Shown here piece by piece: positions 7,824 to 14,375 of a stretch of DNA of 64,000 bases. The notes under the pieces were generated by a model. The model saw only the letters and a program-made list of their open reading frames with translations, was not told the DNA's origin and ran no database searches. Position numbers and translations under genes: made by a program. Position 1 is the stretch's first letter, and every line of letters starts with the position of its first letter. Origin of the DNA: a virus; IMG/VR virus record IMGVR_UViG_3300046777_001715, positions 1 through 64,000 of that record; one strand, written 5' to 3'.

Positions 7824-7987
7824 TATTCATTTACCCAATCTACTGTTAATTCATCTTCAACATTTGCGATACAATCGCAAGGCTCTACATCATAAGCCAA
7901 TTCATTACCAAAGAAAATAAATCCTGCGCCACCGCATTCATCACATTCAGCAGAAACAATTTCGATTAGTTCTTTTACTTTAGCCAT
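7823..7987 (-). CDS. small Zn-ribbon protein (CDECGGAG...PCDC, 54 aa)
   Basis: Read by hand; AACGAAAGGG RBS. Confidence 0.65.
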   Translation of the reverse strand: MAKVKELIEIVSAECDECGGAGFIFFGNELAYDVEPCDCIANVEDELTVDWVNE

Positions 7988-8102
7988 TTAGGTTTTCCCT
8001 TTCGTTATTTGTTGAAATTGTAGCAGATAGCACTGACAAGGCTTCCGCTTTTGTTGCTTCACGTTGTGCGATAACGTGAGCCTTGAATTCTTCTAAATTC
8101 AT
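7980..8102 (-). CDS. small hypothetical protein (40 aa, MNLEEFKAHV...)
   Basis: TAATG coupling; contains an embedded promoter. Confidence 0.55.
   Translation of the reverse strand: MNLEEFKAHVIAQREATKAEALSVLSATISTNNERENLNG
8017..8039 (-). promoter_or_regulatory. RecA-NDp/PafBC-type promoter
   Basis: TTGTCAGTG-CTATCTGC-TACAAT. Confidence 0.8.
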
Positions 8103-8302
8103 TATTCACCAACCTTTACTGCTAAATAGCGATAAGAATCTTTGAAAGATTTGTGAGGTCTAACCTGCACAAGATAGGTATCGCAATCTGCATACCATAC
8201 CGCAGAAGTTTTTTCTGCGTCAATGATTTCACCTGTAAGGGTGCGGGAATGATAAGTCTTTCCGATAAGAAGACTTTCGACTGTATAGACATTTGCTGAC
8301 AT
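8102..8302 (-). CDS. hypothetical protein
   Basis: ORF track; GAAAGG RBS. Confidence 0.75.
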   Translation of the reverse strand: MSANVYTVESLLIGKTYHSRTLTGEIIDAEKTSAVWYADCDTYLVQVRPHKSFKDSYRYLAVKVGE

Positions 8303-8336
8303 TAGTTGTCACCTTTCTTTAGTAATTTATAGGGAG

Positions 8337-8359
8337 ATTGTATCAGTTACTACTGACAA
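8337..8359 (-). promoter_or_regulatory. RecA-NDp/PafBC-type promoter
   Basis: TTGTCAGTA-GTAACTGA-TACAAT; GACACGCC at 8370. Confidence 0.75.
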
Positions 8360-8502
8360 TTTTGGCAAGGACACGCCTTTAGAGAGAAAAGATATTTTAG
8401 CAATACCTTTTTTTCTGATACTGAAATTTCAGGGTGAAATTGTTTTACCCCACCATTTAGATATTCGTGAGAGATTTTATTTAGAGTTTTTTCAGTGAGC
8501 AT
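8350..8502 (-). CDS. small protein with C-terminal CxCxxC (50 aa)
   Basis: MLTEKTLNK...KACPCQNCQ; GAAAGGGG RBS. Confidence 0.6.
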   Translation of the reverse strand: MLTEKTLNKISHEYLNGGVKQFHPEISVSEKKVLLKYLFSLKACPCQNCQ

Positions 8503-8531
8503 TTTTGCCCCTTTCTTTTTGTTATGCTGAA

Positions 8532-8554
8532 ATTATAGCCTAAGCCACTGACAT
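8532..8554 (-). promoter_or_regulatory. RecA-NDp/PafBC-type promoter
   Basis: ATGTCAGTG-GCTTAGGC-TATAAT. Confidence 0.8.
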
Positions 8555-8602
8555 TTTTCTACTTACTAGCCAGTAATTTCATATTTTGAGACGCTCAAGC
8601 CG

Positions 8603-8711
8603 TGTGATAAATATCACAAGAATTTCAGGGTTTTCCACAGGCTGTCTTAAGGGCTGTGGATAACCCCGCAGTCTTTTGCGGGCCAGCTTGATTTTGTCAA
8701 GCCGACACGCC
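8603..8711. promoter_or_regulatory. composite cassette: CRP box, two DnaA boxes, CCCGCA palindrome, GACACGCC
   Basis: TGTGA-TAAATA-TCACA 8603; TTTTCCACA 8631; TGTGGATAA 8655; CCCGCAGTCTTTTGCGGG 8665-8682; GACACGCC 8704. Confidence 0.7.
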
Positions 8712-8715
8712 GTTA

Positions 8716-8814
8716 TTATTTAATTTTTTCTAAAAGTTTTTCTAGTTCTTTTAGTTGCTCTAGATTAAGGTGATCTAGTTGAATAGCTTTTTCAAATCCG
8801 AATTCGTCGCTCAT
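8716..8814 (-). CDS. small protein (32 aa, MSDEFGFEKAIQLDHL...)
   Basis: TAATG-coupled chain. Confidence 0.55.
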   Translation of the reverse strand: MSDEFGFEKAIQLDHLNLEQLKELEKLLEKIK

Positions 8815-8924
8815 TAATTTAACCCGTTTTCTTTTAGGTCTTTTATTACGGCGATTACTAGCGGGATAGTAACTCCCGCTAGTAGTAATTGGACGGCGGT
8901 AGTTAGTAGACGATTAGTAGTCAT
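8814..8924 (-). CDS. small membrane peptide (36 aa)
   Basis: MTTNRLLTTAVQLLLAGVTIPLVIAVIKDLKENGLN; coupled. Confidence 0.55.
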   Translation of the reverse strand: MTTNRLLTTAVQLLLAGVTIPLVIAVIKDLKENGLN

Positions 8925-9064
8925 TACTTATTCCTCTTTCTCTTGATTACTGTATAGAGTGTAGCACCTACTACCGACAAGATAATAAACGCCCACGATT
9001 GGGATACATAGAGGAAATCCCCTAGGTCAATCATTAGCCCATAGTCATTTAGTTCAATAGTCAT
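8924..9064 (-). CDS. small membrane peptide (46 aa)
   Basis: MTIELNDYG...FIILSVVGATLYTVIKRKRNK; coupled. Confidence 0.55.
   Translation of the reverse strand: MTIELNDYGLMIDLGDFLYVSQSWAFIILSVVGATLYTVIKRKRNK
8958..8980 (-). promoter_or_regulatory. RecA-NDp/PafBC-type promoter (intragenic)
   Basis: TTGTCGGTA-GTAGGTGC-TACACT. Confidence 0.7.
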
Positions 9065-9216
9065 TAGTCATTCCAATCTAGTGTTAGTTCATCTTCATCA
9101 AAAGCATCAAAAGAAATGTCTCCCTTTTGGATAGCGTCTTCCCACGCTAGGTTTTCTTCTATGCCTACATAGGCATCTGCTACATCTGCTTGAATAGTAT
9201 CCCATTTAGACATCAT
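9064..9216 (-). CDS. small acidic protein (50 aa)
   Basis: MMSKWDTIQADVAD...; coupled. Confidence 0.55.
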   Translation of the reverse strand: MMSKWDTIQADVADAYVGIEENLAWEDAIQKGDISFDAFDEDELTLDWND

Positions 9217-9389
9217 TACTTGTTATCTCCTGTCTTGATAGATTGAACATTAGCGGAAAACTTTACTTTCTTACCTAGATTGCTAGCATTTAGCGAATCT
9301 ATTAGATGGTCAATAGCCTTCATTTCGTGGGCTACATTGTCAATGCTTAGTAGGCGAGAGCCTTGCCAAATTGAATAAGTTATAGTCAT
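9216..9389 (-). CDS. small protein (57 aa, MTITYSIWQGS...)
   Basis: GAAAGG RBS; coupled. Confidence 0.6.
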   Translation of the reverse strand: MTITYSIWQGSRLLSIDNVAHEMKAIDHLIDSLNASNLGKKVKFSANVQSIKTGDNK

Positions 9390-9393
9390 TTAT

Positions 9394-9510
9394 TTACTTA
9401 CCTTTCTTATCTTGGAGAGATTTAGCATAGTCTACATCAGAGACGGCGGTAGCACCAAACTCCTCATAGATTTCTAGATAGATTTCATCATAGTATTCGT
9501 TATAGTCCAT
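9394..9510 (-). CDS. small acidic Tyr-rich protein (38 aa)
   Basis: MDYNEYYDEIYLEIYEEFG...; GAAAGG RBS. Confidence 0.55.
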   Translation of the reverse strand: MDYNEYYDEIYLEIYEEFGATAVSDVDYAKSLQDKKGK

Positions 9511-9558
9511 TATTAGACCTTCTTTCTTTTAGTTAGTTAGTTATTTAGTTATGAGAGA

Positions 9559-9581
9559 AGACTAGCAGAGTAGTCCGACAA
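9559..9581 (-). promoter_or_regulatory. RecA-NDp/PafBC-type promoter
   Basis: TTGTCGGAC-TACTCTGC-TAGTCT; GACACGC at 9591. Confidence 0.7.
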
Positions 9582-9622
9582 TTACAAGGCGACACGCTAC
9601 CCTGTGGGTGTGATTTATACCA

Positions 9623-9850
9623 CTATTCCCAAGAGCGGGTAGTAGCATAGACTACACGCTTACTAGGCTTATAGTTTTCTAATTCTTTTAGAGAACACTC
9701 TAGGATAGTGCCTCTTTCTGCTAGTAGGTCTAGCATTTCATTAGCAGAGTGTTCATCTTTTACGAGAACACCTAGACAAGTTCCAAACTCTTTAGAGAGA
9801 GGATACTCAGGGTTAGTATTGTATTCTATTTTATAACTTAGTGAGAACAT
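9623..9850 (-). CDS. hypothetical protein, first gene of the leftward block
   Basis: ORF track; GAAAGGAG RBS. Confidence 0.75.
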   Translation of the reverse strand: MFSLSYKIEYNTNPEYPLSKEFGTCLGVLVKDEHSANEMLDLLAERGTILECSLKELENYKPSKRVVYATTRSWE

Positions 9851-9886
9851 TTTGTTCTCCTTTCTTTTGTTTATCTTATGTATAGA

Positions 9887-9909
9887 ATACTAACATAGAC
9901 CACTGACAT
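9887..9909 (-). promoter_or_regulatory. RecA-NDp/PafBC-type promoter
   Basis: ATGTCAGTG-GTCTATGT-TAGTAT. Confidence 0.75.
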
Positions 9910-9924
9910 TTTGACCTGTTTTTC

Positions 9925-10006
9925 GGGCGTGTCGCAAAACTATTTTTGTGAAGTGCATCACACAGATAATGGGCGCACTATACAGTTATCCACAGCCTGT
10001 GCAAAA
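9925..10006. promoter_or_regulatory. composite cassette: GACACGCC, CRP box, two DnaA boxes
   Basis: GGGCGTGTCG 9925; TGTGA-AGTGCA-TCACA 9947; TTATCCACA 9986; TGTGCAAAA 9998. Confidence 0.7.
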
Positions 10007-10061
10007 CTCGTATCATACAAATTAAAAATATATTAACATTTCTAGAAATCTGAAATATTAG

Positions 10062-10090
10062 TTGACCAGAATACTTATAAATGCTATTAT
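10062..10090 (+). promoter_or_regulatory. housekeeping sigma promoter, leaderless
   Basis: TTGACC-17nt-TATTAT-7nt-ATG. Confidence 0.65.
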
Positions 10091-10097
10091 AAGGGTT

Positions 10098-10847
10098 ATG
10101 AGTAAAGAACCTCTTGTTGTATATTGGGCTCCTATGGAATCGGCGGAAGCCAGTGATTATGGAGCATGGAATATGCTATATCCAGATCCTAAGCTACTAA
10201 TGCATGAGCTTATGGAAAAAAGAAATAAAGAAGATAAATATCCAAGAGGATTCTTGCAATGTCCTGCAGCTACAGGCAGATTTAAGCACACATATGTTTT
10301 TAGAAACGGAATTAGGTCAGAGATAGAGTTTGATATGTCTGATCCTGAAAATCCTAGAATTGAATCTCTTGGCAAAACAGGAGTAAACTTTAGAATAGAA
10401 AGACCATCTGCATTTACAGAGGGTGCATCTTTTGCGTTCATGCAAAAATATTTATTTTTTGCGGAAGAACCAACAATGGGAGTATTCAGTACGCCTATGA
10501 TGCACAAACCTGGATATACCCAATATGGGACCCTAATCCCAGGAGCATTTGATATATCCTCTTGGTTTAGACCTATGAATGTAGAAATTCAAACGTGGGA
10601 AACACAAGGAAAGCTCATTATTGAGGAAGATGAACCTTTGTTTTATTTTGAGGTACTCACTGATAGAGAAATTATTATGAAGAGATTCAAATGTAATGAG
10701 TCTTTGATCAGATATGCAGAAAGCTGTGCAGATTCTCCTAAGTGGTATGGAAATAATCTACCTCTAGTTAAGCGTTATACTAAATTTAAGCAATCACAGA
10801 TGGATAAAATTATTTTAAAGGAAATTAAAAATAATCTAGTCGACTAG
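10098..10847 (+). CDS. hypothetical protein (beta-barrel, CPA...WFRP family seen in aquatic phages)
   Basis: ORF; start reassigned to MSKEP. Confidence 0.75.
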   Translation: MSKEPLVVYWAPMESAEASDYGAWNMLYPDPKLLMHELMEKRNKEDKYPRGFLQCPAATGRFKHTYVFRNGIRSEIEFDMSDPENPRIESLGKTGVNFRIERPSAFTEGASFAFMQKYLFFAEEPTMGVFSTPMMHKPGYTQYGTLIPGAFDISSWFRPMNVEIQTWETQGKLIIEEDEPLFYFEVLTDREIIMKRFKCNESLIRYAESCADSPKWYGNNLPLVKRYTKFKQSQMDKIILKEIKNNLVD

Positions 10848-10853
10848 GATATT

Positions 10854-10961
10854 ATGGCATCTCATAGAGTAGTAATTTGTGAAATATGTGGGCGGGAAAT
10901 AGAAGTTAGATCTGACTTTGCCTATATGACTTTAAATAATCATATGAAGGAGCACAAATGA
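10854..10961 (+). CDS. C2H2 zinc-finger-like peptide (35 aa)
   Basis: CEICGREIEVRSDFAYMTLNNHMKEH; ATGA overlap with next gene. Confidence 0.6.
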   Translation: MASHRVVICEICGREIEVRSDFAYMTLNNHMKEHK

Positions 10962-11248
10962 ATAAAATTTGGCGGGATGAAATAGCTATGACTATTTCTG
11001 CTGCAAAGCTCAAGAATGAAAGCATCTACCTTGATGATCATATCATTGCAGAAGAGATTCTAGGATACCTTGTAAAAAGGCTAGAAGGGGTCTTAGAGAC
11101 ATGTTTAAATGTAGAGGCAGGTAGATGTATGACCTGGTGGAAACATGATGAATGTCTAAGCTTGCAGAAAATTCTTTTTGATATTACAGAAGATCCTAAA
11201 TATATGACCCAAGAGATGCTAAATGAATATAATTGGAGCAAATTATGA
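10958..11248 (+). CDS. hypothetical protein
   Basis: ORF track; AAGGAG RBS. Confidence 0.7.
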   Translation: MNKIWRDEIAMTISAAKLKNESIYLDDHIIAEEILGYLVKRLEGVLETCLNVEAGRCMTWWKHDECLSLQKILFDITEDPKYMTQEMLNEYNWSKL

Positions 11249-11423
11249 CAGGCCAAAGATTTATAACTATCTTGGGAATGATTTTAATTACTTATTATTT
11301 ATTAGTTGCTTTAACTTGGTAATTAGTCGACTAAAATATTTTTCTATACGTGTAGGCTTAGCATATGTCATCATATGTCTGTTCTCCGAAAAATATCTTC
11401 TAGGCATAATATAATTCTATCAC

Positions 11424-11504
11424 AAAAAGACGAAAATCCCTTCGGAGGCGGATCCTAGGGGATTTTCTAATGTTAGGGAGAATGGTGGTTCTCAACCAAA
11501 CACT
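11424..11504 (-). ncRNA. candidate small RNA (two hairpins)
   Basis: TTGACT-17nt-TATTAT promoter at 11511-11539; hairpin 1, then GAAAATCCC/GGGATTTTC stem and U-tract; no ORF. Confidence 0.55.
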
Positions 11505-11539
11505 ACTCTTATAATAACATAAGTGTAATTTGTAGTCAA

Positions 11540-12232
11540 CTACAAATACTGTTTTCTCTCTCTATATTCTTTCTTATACTTACCTGATCTATTACTTTCA
11601 AAATTCATGCTCTCTTCCGCCTGCACTTTTAAGTATTCAGCATCTGCTATTTTAATTGAGCTTTTATAGTCTTCCCGCTTAAATGGAATGATCTGAGCTA
11701 TGAGAGTTCCTTTAGGAATAACCCCGTTAAATTTCTTAATCAAGAATGGCAGTAGTACTGGCTGAAAGTAGTTATCTGTTTCTACCACCCCTGTTAATGT
11801 ATAGAATGGGGACTCTGGCCTATTAAATGGTTGAGTAAATACACAGCTATATCCCTCTGGGGTCTTTACTGTAAATGGGTTAAACCACTTGTACGCCCAC
11901 TTAGCGTATCCTTCTGGAATTGGCATATCTCCAAGCTGGGCAATTGGGTGCTCTAGAATATCTTCTCTAGACAATCCCTCTCCAGAAAATGTTACCTTAT
12001 CTCCGACATGCTTTACATGGATATCTATCTTAGTGGCTAGGTAGTATCCGCCAATAAATGAATCTAGAACTGGCGTACATCTTTTTACAGACATATCCTC
12101 AAAGTTTTTATCTTCGTAAAGTTTTACAATTGGTGGCAAATTTTTAAACCATTTAGGAAGTGCTTCTACGCCGCCGAGCACTTCAAGATATGTGCAATCT
12201 AATTGTGTGTGTATAAAATCAATGTCTACCAT
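11540..12232 (-). CDS. DUF6065-like / dUTPase-fold hypothetical protein
   Basis: KRC.P..D, GVVETD, IPKGT.IAQIIPFKRE motifs. Confidence 0.65.
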   Translation of the reverse strand: MVDIDFIHTQLDCTYLEVLGGVEALPKWFKNLPPIVKLYEDKNFEDMSVKRCTPVLDSFIGGYYLATKIDIHVKHVGDKVTFSGEGLSREDILEHPIAQLGDMPIPEGYAKWAYKWFNPFTVKTPEGYSCVFTQPFNRPESPFYTLTGVVETDNYFQPVLLPFLIKKFNGVIPKGTLIAQIIPFKREDYKSSIKIADAEYLKVQAEESMNFESNRSGKYKKEYRERKQYL

Positions 12233-12321
12233 TAAATAGGGCTATCTAGTATTTCATCGACAGCATCATCAATTGTTCTACCGTTATGTTCTGTAGAGCA
12301 GTCTCCACAGTTCTTACACAT
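12232..12321 (-). CDS. small Cys peptide (29 aa, MCKNCGDCSTEH...)
   Basis: Fills the gap; TAATG coupling. Confidence 0.45.
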   Translation of the reverse strand: MCKNCGDCSTEHNGRTIDDAVDEILDSPI

Positions 12322-12559
12322 CTTTACCCCATTTACCAAGTGGGCATTCTGCATCTGATAAAGAAGCCTTAAGCGGCATTATGCAAAGGCACTCTTTACA
12401 CTGACTGGTTAGCTTAAATAGCTCTGGGCAAGCATTACAGATAGACATTCTGTGATTATATACGTCGCCCTCTACATGCTCTTTCTTAGGGTTAACAATA
12501 TCCCAAGGCTTAACCTGATTGGGATCTTTAAAATTTTCATAGGCTGATTTAATACCCAT
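12314..12559 (-). CDS. DUF6171-like Cys-rich protein
   Basis: CxxC...CxxCxC...CPLGKW. Confidence 0.7.
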   Translation of the reverse strand: MGIKSAYENFKDPNQVKPWDIVNPKKEHVEGDVYNHRMSICNACPELFKLTSQCKECLCIMPLKASLSDAECPLGKWGKDV

Positions 12560-12729
12560 TAGAATTCTCCTATCGGACAGCTAAATGTTTCGTCAACAAA
12601 ATACTCAGCACTATGGGCATCTGCCATAGTACACTTAAGTTCTATTTTACTAAATTCAAGGCACTTATTGCAAGTGCCTGACCTAAAATCAGCTAGAAGC
12701 TTCTTCTGTATTTTCGGGTGTAGAGTCAT
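12559..12729 (-). CDS. small Cys-rich protein
   Basis: CxxC...C...CPIGEF; start MTLHPK. Confidence 0.55.
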   Translation of the reverse strand: MTLHPKIQKKLLADFRSGTCNKCLEFSKIELKCTMADAHSAEYFVDETFSCPIGEF

Positions 12730-12925
12730 TATTCTCTTTAGGTAGAAATGCTGGCATAGGACCAAGAATATGACCCTGCTCATGCAAATTAACGATATTC
12801 TGAATTAGCTCTGGCTTTTCAGTAACATGAGATGCAACAACAGACATAAGGTCATAAATTCTGGCCAACATAATGTACTGTGCCATCTGTAAGTTATCTT
12901 CTAGATTGACGTTCTCTTCGCTCAT
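12689..12925 (-). CDS. hypothetical protein
   Basis: ORF track. Confidence 0.7.
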   Translation of the reverse strand: MSEENVNLEDNLQMAQYIMLARIYDLMSVVASHVTEKPELIQNIVNLHEQGHILGPMPAFLPKENNDSTPENTEEASS

Positions 12926-13061
12926 TTTCGTAGTACTTTCTAAGATGTCCTCTAGAGAATTTTCTAGAGTTTAGGTGTTTCCGTATTTTAGTATAGCATA
13001 TAAATGAAGTGTCTCTACCGCCGCCGAGCACTTTTTTTATCACTAATTGCGATCCATATAA

Positions 13062-13331
13062 TTATTTTTCAATAATGAATACAGCTACTGTAGAGCCTTC
13101 ATCGCCAACTGCAAAAATTTTATCTTCTGGTCCAAGGTCTGTTTCAAAGCTTTCTTGTGGGTCTAGCTTTCTTCCATAGTTTGTCAAAGATACGTTTCCG
13201 TTTCCAAGGAAGATGTGCTTTGTGCTTGATGAAACATTTTGAATTGAAATATGGTTTGGACCATCTACTGCGTCATCAATTGTAAGTTCCTGTGGAACCG
13301 ATGACAATGTTAAAAGTTTTGTTCTTAGCAT
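13062..13331 (-). CDS. hypothetical beta-rich protein
   Basis: ORF; leaderless TGnTATAAT-6nt-ATG. Confidence 0.75.
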   Translation of the reverse strand: MLRTKLLTLSSVPQELTIDDAVDGPNHISIQNVSSSTKHIFLGNGNVSLTNYGRKLDPQESFETDLGPEDKIFAVGDEGSTVAVFIIEK

Positions 13332-13338
13332 ATATCTA

Positions 13339-13602
13339 TTATATCACTTTCTTCTCTACCGCCGAAGCACTTTCAATTATTGCTTTAACTCTATCTGCTA
13401 TATCCTGTGGCACGTATCTATCATCTACATTTAGTCTTACCCATGGACCATACGAGTCCATCCTGTCGGAACCCTGATATACCTGACCAGTCTCTTGATC
13501 AACTAGAATCCACTTTGGTGGAACAAGAGTTCTTACAAGAAGATTGATTGGTTCTCTAAGTTCTTCTACTTCTCCGCCGTTAATTAAGTTCCTGCTTGCC
13601 AT
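13339..13602 (-). CDS. hypothetical protein
   Basis: ORF track. Confidence 0.7.
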   Translation of the reverse strand: MASRNLINGGEVEELREPINLLVRTLVPPKWILVDQETGQVYQGSDRMDSYGPWVRLNVDDRYVPQDIADRVKAIIESASAVEKKVI

Positions 13603-13789
13603 GATATTTATCTACATACTTTTCTACTTTTTCGTACATCTCTAAACCCATATAGTTTTTATAAGAACACTCTAAGCAATATAGGTAAAGCTGATCTTGA
13701 TCCGTTAGGTTCGGATATAAAAATGATTTGTCCATTGGGCAAGTAAGCGGGGGAACTTTTTGCTCCCCCGCCAACTTCTGATAAGCCAC
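13580..13789 (-). CDS. Zn-ribbon protein (CPMD...YCLEC)
   Basis: ORF track; start uncertain. Confidence 0.65.
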   Translation of the reverse strand: MAYQKLAGEQKVPPLTCPMDKSFLYPNLTDQDQLYLYCLECSYKNYMGLEMYEKVEKYVDKYHGKQELN

Positions 13790-13820
13790 TATTAATTGTG
13801 TTTTAATTTACTGTCCCTAC

Positions 13821-14375
13821 TTATTTTTTCATTGTTAAACACTCATCAGGGAATTCTTTTACAAACTCCTTGTATCTTACAGTTCCATAGCTTGGCCAAG
13901 AACTCCAGTCCTTGCCCGCCCTACTCATTCTATAAACGACTTCTGCGTTTAAAATGGGGTCATATAGATTTGAATTGGAAGTGAGACCGTATTTGTCTCT
14001 TCTTACATCTCCTAAGTTATCAATCATGTTTACTTGAAAGATTCCATAGGAATTGTCCCCTGTTTTTCTGTTTCCGTTATAAGCAAGCGGTCTTCCGTTG
14101 GACTCTGTTTTTGACACAGCCCACGCCTTTTTTAGAAACTGACCTTCAAAGCCAGCAATGCTTAATACTTCAACCAGTTGGCAGTTACTTAAATCAGTTG
14201 CTACTGAATAAGCTTCCACTTTTTCCTGCAATTTCTCGGCAGCGATTTGCTCCTCAATTTTTGCAGCATATGCGGTTGCGTTTGTAGTTGCTACAAAATA
14301 TACAGCTACCGTAAACATTACGAATATGGTAGAATTACTAAGTAAGTCATACAAACGCTTCATATTTTTCTCCAT
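13821..14375 (-). CDS. secreted/anchored lytic transglycosylase (SLT, lysozyme-like)
   Basis: N-terminal hydrophobic helix; catalytic ES motif, GIFQVN, W..W; GGAGG RBS. Confidence 0.85.
   Translation of the reverse strand: MEKNMKRLYDLLSNSTIFVMFTVAVYFVATTNATAYAAKIEEQIAAEKLQEKVEAYSVATDLSNCQLVEVLSIAGFEGQFLKKAWAVSKTESNGRPLAYNGNRKTGDNSYGIFQVNMIDNLGDVRRDKYGLTSNSNLYDPILNAEVVYRMSRAGKDWSSWPSYGTVRYKEFVKEFPDECLTMKK

Noticed and set aside
1290-10006. CRISPR-like or tandem array interpretation of the repeated motifs
   Set aside because: Motifs are short, irregularly spaced and separated by genes; there is no constant repeat-spacer period and no cas gene.
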